In this document: in pieces, positions 26,084-35,417 of the stretch
Layout of the letters: every line of letters starts with the position of its first letter
Numbering within the stretch: the first letter of the stretch is position 1
Origin: a virus
Virus record (IMG/VR): IMGVR_UViG_3300028840_004475
Location: 32,001-96,000 of that record
Length of the DNA stretch: 64,000 bases
Reading direction: 5' to 3' (one strand)
The notes under the pieces: model-generated
Told to the model about the DNA's origin: nothing
Databases searched by the model: none
Seen by the model: only the letters and a program-made list of their open reading frames with translations
Made by a program: the position numbers and the translations under genes

Positions 26084-29000
26084 TCAGCACGTTATCTCTT
26101 CCAGGACAATACTATCGTTCTGTCTCTCTGGCAAGAATCTGCTAGATGAGAGTCCAGTAAGTGAAGTCACAAGATATACTGCTGCAGGGTTCTCATCATA
26201 GTCAGTGATGTACCAGAATGGGTTATCTGTTTCGCTGATCGAGTTGAACAACCTGTCAAGAATCTCATTGTCTCGGTCTTCATTGAGACCGTACTTGAGT
26301 GTGAACTTCTTTGCGCTTTGGCCTTTCCTGACAATAGTTGAACGTCCATCGTCTTCTTTTGTGACGTTAACGTTCGCGTTGTCTTCTTCAGTGTATCCGT
26401 AATCTGTGTCGTCAGTCAGCTCTATCCTCTCGCCAACATCAAACTCACCTATCTGCCACGAGCGCTCGTTCGGCAGATTTGGTTGGTTGGAGGCGCCCCA
26501 TGAATCGCTGTACAGTTCCGACTCAGTTACCAACACACGAACGTACTTGTACGCCTTCAAGTCTGCTATGTTGTGAGACATCCTGTTGTAGTAAATAACG
26601 AAATCATCACCGTCCAGAACCTTCATCGGGTCATAGTTTGCTGGCACGTCTGTACCCAGTTCATCTGCGACCAGTCCCTTTGTGCTGATGATGATGTTGT
26701 CGAATCCATTGTCCAGGATCTTGAACGCAACATTGCGGTAGTGGTTGTCGTTTGCAGGTGTAGTCTTGTGCTCCTCGTATATCTCCTCGAGCATGATGTA
26801 GTGGCCAGCAAGCTCACCTGGATCCCACTCCTTGTCGGTGCATCGTATGTTCAAAAGGTCAGAGTCGTTTCTGATCCAGTCTCCGTCAATCGTACCAGTC
26901 TCTTTTGTGAAGTCGACGGTCTCATCTACAGAAGGTGATGTCCAGACGTCGGTGTCGTTGGCCTGAAGCCTTATGTACCTTGTGTTGGTGTTGTAGAATA
27001 TGGCGGTGTCGAATACGAACATGCCGATTTCGTTATCGTCTGCGTCAAGAAGTATTGTTTGGTCGGATGGTGCTCCCGGCAACCCAGAAGCCGTATCAAA
27101 GCCAGAGCGCCACACGTAGCACGGCACCTTTGACATGGCGTTGATGGCGCCGAAGTCAGTCGTTGAAGAGAAATTCCACTTGTCCCCTTCGAATGCGTCA
27201 GTGCCTCTCCACGTCAGCATCAAATTGTCGATCGTCAGATGTGGTACGCCTTCTTCTTTCAAAGGAAGCGGATCCAACTCTGCTTCATCAGCTGGTGAAG
27301 AATAAGTAGTGAGTTCGTCCTCAATTGTGAAAGCGATGTCGTTGTTGTCTGTCAAATCTGCGTAGTAGAACGCCTTCCAGATTGCTACAGAAGCACCGGT
27401 AGTCGTGAGTGGCAAGCCAAAATAGATGTATTGGTTCGCCACATTGTATACACCAGTTGCTGTGAAGTCAGCTATCTGCTCCCACTCGTCTTGATTCTTT
27501 GCGTATCCATCGTTCAGATAAACTCTGACCTTCCCAGTGGTTGCGCTTGTGCCTTCGAAAGCGAACATTACTTCGACAAAGTCTGTGATAGATGTCGCGT
27601 GCGTTATGTCGGTAGCACCGTTCAGGTCGACTATCCTGACCCCGTCAGAACCGACAATGACTCTGACATTGCACTTGTAGTTCGCATCTGTTGTCCTAAT
27701 GAAATACTGCGACATCTGACAAGTACTAGTAGCGACTCCGCTGTCAGTAACTGGCTTGATGATGAATTTGTTCTTGAACCTGTGTTCTGATGCGTCTTTG
27801 TCAGTACGGCTATAGTAAGCTGTCTCACCGGAAGCTGCAGTGATTGTGAGACCATCGTCTCCAACGACATAGGTCGGTGACCCTGAGCTATTTTTTGTCC
27901 AGCCATATTCCGGATCTGCATCAGCGGTAGTACCTATGTATGCGCAAGAGTATTGTGTCCTGTCAGGTAGATTGGTAGGCGAACCCAAGACGTGAATGGC
28001 ATATCCAGTAAGGTATCCACCTCCGTAGAACGAACTCGCAAGATAGAGGATGCCGTCAACTTCTTTGACGTCTGACCTGTAAATGCGTGCGCCGTTGCCA
28101 GAGGCACCAACAGTTTCTACCCAGAACGCGCCACGGCGCATACCATACAGGTCATTCTCGTCCTGGAACAAACAAGCGAACTGACCACTTGTTATATTCG
28201 ATTGAATGCCGAAGTACTTGCCACCGAATCTAACCATCCTTATTGGATACGTTGACACAATCGAGGTATCTGCATTGGCGGTTTCTGCAACATTTTCCTT
28301 GAAGACGGGGAAGTTCAACCTTCTCCATGTAAGAAAATCATCGGAATACAATGTCACAAATCTCATACCTATCGACGGCGCACCAGTAGTCTGGCCTCCC
28401 TGTACTGTCAAAACGAATTGGTCGTTTACTGTGTCGTAGTGAATCCTCGGATTTGAATAGCCGACACCGTACGTGACGTGCGTTGGGTCAAAACCTACCT
28501 CAGACAGCGGGTCGCCTATGTTGGAGAAAGTATTTGTACCTGGCTCGTACGCCCAACGCCAATTGTTGCCGTTGTCATTCGAGATCAAGAAGCCAACAGT
28601 TGTATTGCGTCCGTTTCCATCGAGATTGTAGTCGAATACAATGTATACGTTGCCTTGCATGTCGGCGTACATATCAAGATTGTTTGGGCCATCTCCGTTG
28701 ACAAGCTCTGGCAAATAGAACGGGTTCAAAGTTTCTAGAACGGCACAGTTCTCATCTATTACAGTGAACTCGATTCTTTCAGGACTTGAATCGAATGCCT
28801 GTGCGATTAGATACTTGTTGTCGTCTATCCTTACAGCTGTATCAGGATCGATGCCAGACACGTCAATTCTTGTGACTGGGTTGCTGTCTGTCTTTCCCAG
28901 CTTCGGAACAGATGTAATGAGTGTGTCTTTTGTGCCGTCTGAATCCAAGAACAAGACGAACAGCGACTCATCATTCCTGTCACACAGAGATATATCTGTC

Positions 29001-30718
29001 ACTGTGTAGCCGGCGTCATACGTTGAATGGATCAGCTTGCTGAAGGTTCTATCGATACCGAAAACATTCGTGCCATCATCGACCACTACTTCAGGCGGCG
29101 TGAAGCTACCTTTGAATGTCGTTTCATCTGTGAATTCTAATTGGCCAGAACCCAACTGCTCGACACTTTCCCTCACAGCATTCAGTTTTGTGTCGAACCT
29201 GCCAGCAGTAACTGTCCTGATTTCGTAGTCTGTTCCTACTGCTGCGATGTCATCACTCTCTACATTCAGCGAAGTGTTGCCTTTGCTGCCGGCTCGCACG
29301 TTGCCGATGGACGGCTTGAAGTATGAGCTTACTGAACCTATCTCAGATATCGACTTACCAATGACGAACTGTTTCCTACCGGTTACTTTGTATTTTACTG
29401 TGAATGAATACGTATAACTGAAAGGATTCGCATATTGATCTTCGCAATATACAGATACGGACCTGTCGCCAGCAGAAAGATTTGAAAGTGGCTGTATCGT
29501 TATACGATAAGCAGTCGAGCTTATGGATACGATTGAACCGACGTAGCCAGATTGAAATACACCGTTTATGATCGCATCAACGCCGTCGATCGATGCATCT
29601 ATAGTAGTGTTGTCGACACCAGATGTACCGTCATCCAAAACGAAACTTATTGGCGTATTGGCGTCAGCGTATCCAAAACCAGGTGCCGGGGACAAAGCAC
29701 CGATAAATGGATAGTCAGCAGCTTTGAATTGATACGTAGTATCGAGCGAGTTGCCTTCAGAATCGTCCGCAATGACACGTACTATTATAGAGTTGCCTTC
29801 TGTGAAATTCGTAGTTGGGTCTATTGTTACTTTGTAGTATTTGTTTCCTGTCGCATCTTCTATGATCGAACTAGAAGACCCGTCAAATCCTGGATAGAAT
29901 CCTCCGGAATAATCGTATGCTTTTTGATAACCGCTACCTAAATCAACATATATTTCTATTGTTGTGTTGTCGACGTCAGAGCTTGCGTCTTTGATCTCAA
30001 GATATATATCATCGCCAACTGGAACTTCAATTTCGTCAGAAACTGGATTCAAATTATCTAGATATGGAGCGGTTGTGTCTACTTCACCCCATGCCAACGC
30101 AACAAGTTCAGATTCAAAAAGTGCGTGGTCCCAGTACTTGAAGTCGTTGACACCCGTGTAGACATCATTGCCATAGGTGATAGCGCTCCCACCGCCGTGA
30201 TTGCCGATAGCGAAATTCTCTGTATTAGAGACCAGTGAAGATGGACCGAACTTGGAGAACACCAATATGCCGTCAATCCACGCCTCGTACACACTACCCC
30301 GTTTGACGACGGCGACATGATGCCAACCCGCTGTCTCCAAAGGCGTGGCATTGATTAGAATGTTTTCATTGATGCCGGAGCTGCCAAGGACAATAAATCT
30401 TACGTTGTTGGCATCAAGAAAATACATCGAAAAAGAACTAGGCTTGTTGAAAAAATAGCTGGTGGATGCCAAACCAAAGAACCTGAACCAGCAAGTAATA
30501 GACTGGTCTCCGCTGCCTTCCCAAATCGTGTCACCGCACAAAATGCGCGAAGCGTAGGAGCCACCCAGAGAGAAGATAGGACAACGGTCCCCTGGCTCCA
30601 AGAATCCTGGAACACTGCTAACCCAACCAGCTGGATCTCTAACGCCAACAAGACTTCCAACGCTATCGGCGAAATTACCGCTGGTCTCATCTAGTTTGAG
30701 ATGGTTGACGAGACTCAT
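26084..30718 (-). CDS. Large tail protein (1544 aa): LamG + Ig-like repeats + Asp-box domain + distal-tail-like C-terminus
   Basis: HLKLDETSG..WHHVAVV..WIDG (LamG), DTTAPYL Ig-like repeats, SNDNGNNW. Confidence 0.72.
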   Translation of the reverse strand: MSLVNHLKLDETSGNFADSVGSLVGVRDPAGWVSSVPGFLEPGDRCPIFSLGGSYASRILCGDTIWEGSGDQSITCWFRFFGLASTSYFFNKPSSFSMYFLDANNVRFIVLGSSGINENILINATPLETAGWHHVAVVKRGSVYEAWIDGILVFSKFGPSSLVSNTENFAIGNHGGGSAITYGNDVYTGVNDFKYWDHALFESELVALAWGEVDTTAPYLDNLNPVSDEIEVPVGDDIYLEIKDASSDVDNTTIEIYVDLGSGYQKAYDYSGGFYPGFDGSSSSIIEDATGNKYYKVTIDPTTNFTEGNSIIVRVIADDSEGNSLDTTYQFKAADYPFIGALSPAPGFGYADANTPISFVLDDGTSGVDNTTIDASIDGVDAIINGVFQSGYVGSIVSISSTAYRITIQPLSNLSAGDRSVSVYCEDQYANPFSYTYSFTVKYKVTGRKQFVIGKSISEIGSVSSYFKPSIGNVRAGSKGNTSLNVESDDIAAVGTDYEIRTVTAGRFDTKLNAVRESVEQLGSGQLEFTDETTFKGSFTPPEVVVDDGTNVFGIDRTFSKLIHSTYDAGYTVTDISLCDRNDESLFVLFLDSDGTKDTLITSVPKLGKTDSNPVTRIDVSGIDPDTAVRIDDNKYLIAQAFDSSPERIEFTVIDENCAVLETLNPFYLPELVNGDGPNNLDMYADMQGNVYIVFDYNLDGNGRNTTVGFLISNDNGNNWRWAYEPGTNTFSNIGDPLSEVGFDPTHVTYGVGYSNPRIHYDTVNDQFVLTVQGGQTTGAPSIGMRFVTLYSDDFLTWRRLNFPVFKENVAETANADTSIVSTYPIRMVRFGGKYFGIQSNITSGQFACLFQDENDLYGMRRGAFWVETVGASGNGARIYRSDVKEVDGILYLASSFYGGGYLTGYAIHVLGSPTNLPDRTQYSCAYIGTTADADPEYGWTKNSSGSPTYVVGDDGLTITAASGETAYYSRTDKDASEHRFKNKFIIKPVTDSGVATSTCQMSQYFIRTTDANYKCNVRVIVGSDGVRIVDLNGATDITHATSITDFVEVMFAFEGTSATTGKVRVYLNDGYAKNQDEWEQIADFTATGVYNVANQYIYFGLPLTTTGASVAIWKAFYYADLTDNNDIAFTIEDELTTYSSPADEAELDPLPLKEEGVPHLTIDNLMLTWRGTDAFEGDKWNFSSTTDFGAINAMSKVPCYVWRSGFDTASGLPGAPSDQTILLDADDNEIGMFVFDTAIFYNTNTRYIRLQANDTDVWTSPSVDETVDFTKETGTIDGDWIRNDSDLLNIRCTDKEWDPGELAGHYIMLEEIYEEHKTTPANDNHYRNVAFKILDNGFDNIIISTKGLVADELGTDVPANYDPMKVLDGDDFVIYYNRMSHNIADLKAYKYVRVLVTESELYSDSWGASNQPNLPNERSWQIGEFDVGERIELTDDTDYGYTEEDNANVNVTKEDDGRSTIVRKGQSAKKFTLKYGLNEDRDNEILDRLFNSISETDNPFWYITDYDENPAAVYLVTSLTGLSSSRFLPERQNDSIVLEEITC

Positions 30719-33285
30719 TAGAAAGTTGTCCCACGCTGATCGTTGAAGATCTCGTTAAGGGGTTTGACACGCTTCACCCAGCTCAGGTAGTGGATGACAC
30801 CTTTCCAACCATCAGCAGGGTCGACAGAGTCTGGGTCTGTAAACAGGTACAAGTCTGTGCCAGAACCGTAGTTATTGTGATTAAAACTGGCATTAGTATC
30901 TTCAGCATCATAATACACGCTACCGCCCTCGGCGACATAAAGGTGTTTGGTCGTTGGGTCATAGACAATAGCAAGTTTGCGGAACAAGTTAGCGTATGCA
31001 GCACCACCGGTGTTCCTGAGATCATACTGTAGACTTAGCGTTTCCCCGGCTTTGTCTTCTATGGTTAAAAGCAAGTCAGGAATAAAAGAGCCAACTGCCA
31101 GCTGAATACCCCCCAAGATACCGTCATACTTGCTCAGGAGTACGCCGCCACCAGCGTATGGAGTAATCGCTAGCTCGATTGTCAAACCATCTGTTAAGTC
31201 GTCAAAATCTGCGTGGTGCGAGACTTTTATTCTTCTGAAGTTTGAGCCACTGGTTTTAGCGAGGCCAATGTCATAATTTGTTGTCGGCGTACCCTCAGCA
31301 CGACATGGGCTCCTGACTACTGCTAAACTGGCAATCTCAACTACACCGTCATGGTTACCGGTCTCGTCTTCGACCGTAGACCCTAAGACGCCAGGGGTGG
31401 AATCGTTATCAAAAATGTATAGCGCCACATGGTCAGAGTCTACAACTGGCTTCTTTGAAAGACGCGCGGTGTCAAACGATCTTTGCATCGCATATTTGCG
31501 AGTGTAGTATGGAAGGTGTTCACTGTTCCATTCGATTTCGGCAATGTCGGCGTGTAGGTAATCACCACCAGGAGTCCTTCCTATGTAGATGTCAGGGCTG
31601 CCAGCATCTACAGAACCCCAGTATGTCCATGCCGAACCTTCTACTAATGTCGCAACTCCGACGCCTTGTCCGTCGATATATAATCTAGGACCTTGTGTAA
31701 TATCTGGATCGTTACTCCCGCCATGAAACCAAGCGAATAAATTAATCCATTTACCTAACGGTAGTAAATGCGAAATATCTCCAGACCTGGCAGTATGGAA
31801 TTGATCCGGCGATGCATAGGGTCTCCCGCCACCCCAATACATCCTAGTTTCCCAAGCTCCTGTCAGTTCGTTTTGCTCACGAGCCAGCCACCACGCGAAC
31901 CCTTGATCTAAAGGTGTGCCTCCCCAATTACTAGTACGAGTTACCAAACCGTGTTCGCCGGCCGTAACGCTGTTGATTCGAATCAGCATATTGATCGTGA
32001 ACTGATTTATATCGAATGCGCTGAGATAGCTCATGGTTATGTAAGCACTTGTACCATTAAGTCTACGAGCACGTTTGAAGTCGAGTTTATCGTCTGACAC
32101 AGCGATAATAGACGTATTCACCTCAGTTAAATCATGATTCGAACCATTAATCTGTTCTACGTTATAGACAGTGCCTAAGTTCGGGCTGTCCATGCGCCAG
32201 AGCCCCATAGTCTGTCTGATAATGCCAGGCTGGTACTGATGTATGAAACGCGCAAGTCTAGCCGCAGTAGTGAACGACCACTCGTAGTCAGTGAGCCAGT
32301 TGCCACGATTATCGGCAACCGACAATCTGACGACTACAGATTTACTTGGTCCAATATCTTGCGTCGTATCGAAGTTAAATCGAAAACCGTTTGTAATCGC
32401 AGACCGCAGTGAATTAGTACCAGTGTAGATACCCATAAAACTGTCGGTCGATCCGTCATATGCTAGTTGTTCATAGCCATTAATTGAGACATATACAGTG
32501 CACGTAGAATAGTCGATGCCGACGCCAGTGGCGGCCGAAACGACGTCGAAATAAAATTCGGTATCTGGGTCCGCGCTAGGTTCTGGACTCGTTGCAGTTA
32601 CTACTGGTTCTGGATCGTTAAACAACCGCATGACCTGATCCGGTGTCATGCTGTAGTCATAGTGCTGCACGAGATTCAGGCAGCCGTCTCCCAAGTATGC
32701 TGTCGTACCAGCAGGAACTTCAAGCATCCGTGGTGCACCACCCGGATTGTCTACGTCTGTGGACGCTGGCAGTGTATTGTTCTCACCAACAAGGCAGCCA
32801 TTGATATAGACGCTCAGGAGTGCATGATCTCGGACCATGACCATGTCTAGGAACCCCATACCCACGCCCACCGAGCGGCTGCTACCGGCAACCACAGAAT
32901 AAACAGTGCCGCCGATAACGACAAAACCGCCTGCGTAATCGCCAGTCGATGTAAAATACATTCCAAAAGCGTAGCCGAAGGGACTATATTCATATCTCCA
33001 GATATAGTAGTATGACGACCCACCAGAAGACGTGATCTTGTCACATCTCACCAATGCCCGCATGGTGAAGTTGAGACCCAGAGGGTCAAACTCCGAAGGG
33101 GCTGACGCGAGACTGGCACCTGATGTACCGTTGGCGGCCGACTTACCATCGGCGAAGATCCCAGGCTCGTTGTCCAGCGTTCCGTAAGAGGTGAGAGCTG
33201 GTTTGGATTGTGATGTGCCCAGGTCAGCAAAAGGACTGGAACCGTCAAAGGCCCACTCGTGAACCGGTGGCGTTAGTTTGGCCAT
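30718..33285 (-). CDS. Multi-LamG (concanavalin A-like) virion protein (855 aa)
   Basis: Three WAFD/WRMD/YIFD-initiated LamG-like repeats (VYING, LYIDG) and one Ig-like domain. Confidence 0.72.
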   Translation of the reverse strand: MAKLTPPVHEWAFDGSSPFADLGTSQSKPALTSYGTLDNEPGIFADGKSAANGTSGASLASAPSEFDPLGLNFTMRALVRCDKITSSGGSSYYYIWRYEYSPFGYAFGMYFTSTGDYAGGFVVIGGTVYSVVAGSSRSVGVGMGFLDMVMVRDHALLSVYINGCLVGENNTLPASTDVDNPGGAPRMLEVPAGTTAYLGDGCLNLVQHYDYSMTPDQVMRLFNDPEPVVTATSPEPSADPDTEFYFDVVSAATGVGIDYSTCTVYVSINGYEQLAYDGSTDSFMGIYTGTNSLRSAITNGFRFNFDTTQDIGPSKSVVVRLSVADNRGNWLTDYEWSFTTAARLARFIHQYQPGIIRQTMGLWRMDSPNLGTVYNVEQINGSNHDLTEVNTSIIAVSDDKLDFKRARRLNGTSAYITMSYLSAFDINQFTINMLIRINSVTAGEHGLVTRTSNWGGTPLDQGFAWWLAREQNELTGAWETRMYWGGGRPYASPDQFHTARSGDISHLLPLGKWINLFAWFHGGSNDPDITQGPRLYIDGQGVGVATLVEGSAWTYWGSVDAGSPDIYIGRTPGGDYLHADIAEIEWNSEHLPYYTRKYAMQRSFDTARLSKKPVVDSDHVALYIFDNDSTPGVLGSTVEDETGNHDGVVEIASLAVVRSPCRAEGTPTTNYDIGLAKTSGSNFRRIKVSHHADFDDLTDGLTIELAITPYAGGGVLLSKYDGILGGIQLAVGSFIPDLLLTIEDKAGETLSLQYDLRNTGGAAYANLFRKLAIVYDPTTKHLYVAEGGSVYYDAEDTNASFNHNNYGSGTDLYLFTDPDSVDPADGWKGVIHYLSWVKRVKPLNEIFNDQRGTTF

Positions 33286-35417
33286 TACGCACGCACCTTC
33301 AGGTTCGCGGCCCTATAAAGGTTGAACACTTCGACGGGTTCTAACACTCTCGGGTACCAGGCCCATGCCAACATGTCGGCATCGAGTGGATAAAGAGGTG
33401 TGTCGTAGGCAACGCCCTGCTGTACGGCTTTAGTATTATCGCCACCGGTATATGATCCGGTTTCTGATTCCGTGGTCACTACAGCCGGGTGGTCATCGAA
33501 AAAGAGCCGGATTTTTCCATCGGCCTGCGAAAACGTGACCGTGATCATGTACAGCCTATCGGCCACAACCAGCTCGTTTGTAAGCGGTTTGCCGACGACA
33601 AGTAGGTAGTTGGAGCTGTCGGTACTGATTTTCATGGCCACGTCGCTTGAGCTTTGCAGCTGTAACGAGGCTGTCGGGCCCGTTGTCAGATCCCCTTTCG
33701 AAATCAACGTTTGCAGAGTGCTGACGTCGTTGAACTGCACCCAGCTCACCCATGAAAAGTCCTGATCGACACTGAAGTCGGCGTGATGGGAGATGGTGAT
33801 GTAGTTTGACGTGCTGCCGTCGTGTGCTCGTCCCTTGTCCGAGATCGCAACGTTGACCAGGTCCACGGTACCTGTCACCGCACCGTCATGATTGCCGACG
33901 CTGTCCTTGACCACCGACGCCGTTTCTCCGGTCTCGTTGTAGTTGTAGACGGCAACCGGATTGCCGAGCGTGGCCGTGGTCAACAATCCGGCAGCCGGGT
34001 TTTTGAAAGCCGTCCACAGCGACCACTGCTCCCAGCACGGTATGGGTTCGTCGGCGAGAAGAAAATCGGCAACCGCACCGTCGAAGAATTCGGCCGATGA
34101 TCTCGCCGCACGACCAAGAGTTACAGGCGTATCTGTTTGGTCGTAGTCCACCACCAGGGGAGTAGAATTCACGTCCCGCGCATCTGCCAAATGACCGTTT
34201 ACGAATAGGCTGACTTTGTAGTCATTGCACGTAGCCATGATCAAAAATGGACCATGCTCCAACTCACCGGCAGCCGTGCCACCGCCGAGTAGATCGCATT
34301 CGCAGACAAGTTCCTGGTCCGTGTCCTCGACCACGACCCAATAGAGCGTGTTGTTCTCGATGTAGAGCTTGTAACCTTCGTTGGGGGAGTCGTCGTAGCG
34401 ACTGACCAAGACCTGGTCGGTTGCACCAATGTCGTCGTCGTCAACAATCCACCATCCAATGACTGTAGGTCGCTGGATGTTTGCGCCCGTCGTCCCGTAG
34501 GAGACGTAGCTGCTGGAACCGTTGAACTCGCGCATGTAGGAGCCCGGAATATTTGATGGGGCCGCACGCGTGGTCATGGAGGTTGCCGACGGCGAACGCG
34601 AGGTTCTGTCGGGAGCGACATTTGTAATCGCGGTCCCATCCCCATCCATCCGCGATAGTATCAGCGCACCTCGGCCCGGAACCGCCTGCCTGTGTTGGTA
34701 CTCATCCAGCTCCTTTGCGCGATCGGCCAGCTCCTGGACCTCGGCGGCGTCAAGAGGCTCGTCCCAGACCTCAAGCATCTCCAGCGCGCCGTAGGTCATG
34801 GCGTCGGTTGACGACCCGTCGCTGAAAATGTAGAAACTACCGCCCGAACCTAGCAGAGTGGCTGGTCCAGTAGACGTGTTGCCGGCAGAAACCCCGTCAA
34901 TAAACCAGGTATAGTACGTAGTGGACCTACGCAGAACAAAGTAGTGCCACTCAAATCGATCAGTATCAATCCAATCTGAGTCAATGACTGTAGTGGTGGT
35001 CGATCCGTTCCAGTATGCAAATCTAAGTTTGTATCGATTTGTCTCGCTGATTTTTTGTATTTTGTAGTGCCGCGCGGAAGACGTACTGGGATGCCACATC
35101 GCCATCACGTCTTCCGTAGCCGGTGCGCCATCTGTCATCGTTACGCGTAGATAAAAGCCGTAGGAAAAACTTTCGGTCGTAAAGCCCTGTAGAGAGCCAC
35201 TACAACTCAACCAGACGCTCGCTCCATTTTTCGGACGCATGCCCTGGACCAGGGCACCAGGGCAGGCTCTGAGCATGGTTCCGGAACCAGTAGCCGGAGT
35301 CCCTTCATCCTGAGCGTCGGTAATGGTTTCGCGTGCGTAGTCGAACGTGCTGTCGCCGCCGCTACGCCAAGTGCCATCATCAAGAGGCCAACGAAGTATT
35401 GGGGTTGGGATCGTCAT
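33285..35417 (-). CDS. Triple-LamG virion protein (710 aa)
   Basis: WPLDD..WFIDG..EVWDEPL, RMDG..LFVNG..FFDGAV, YNYNE..LFFDD..WYPRVL. Confidence 0.75.
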   Translation of the reverse strand: MTIPTPILRWPLDDGTWRSGGDSTFDYARETITDAQDEGTPATGSGTMLRACPGALVQGMRPKNGASVWLSCSGSLQGFTTESFSYGFYLRVTMTDGAPATEDVMAMWHPSTSSARHYKIQKISETNRYKLRFAYWNGSTTTTVIDSDWIDTDRFEWHYFVLRRSTTYYTWFIDGVSAGNTSTGPATLLGSGGSFYIFSDGSSTDAMTYGALEMLEVWDEPLDAAEVQELADRAKELDEYQHRQAVPGRGALILSRMDGDGTAITNVAPDRTSRSPSATSMTTRAAPSNIPGSYMREFNGSSSYVSYGTTGANIQRPTVIGWWIVDDDDIGATDQVLVSRYDDSPNEGYKLYIENNTLYWVVVEDTDQELVCECDLLGGGTAAGELEHGPFLIMATCNDYKVSLFVNGHLADARDVNSTPLVVDYDQTDTPVTLGRAARSSAEFFDGAVADFLLADEPIPCWEQWSLWTAFKNPAAGLLTTATLGNPVAVYNYNETGETASVVKDSVGNHDGAVTGTVDLVNVAISDKGRAHDGSTSNYITISHHADFSVDQDFSWVSWVQFNDVSTLQTLISKGDLTTGPTASLQLQSSSDVAMKISTDSSNYLLVVGKPLTNELVVADRLYMITVTFSQADGKIRLFFDDHPAVVTTESETGSYTGGDNTKAVQQGVAYDTPLYPLDADMLAWAWYPRVLEPVEVFNLYRAANLKVRA

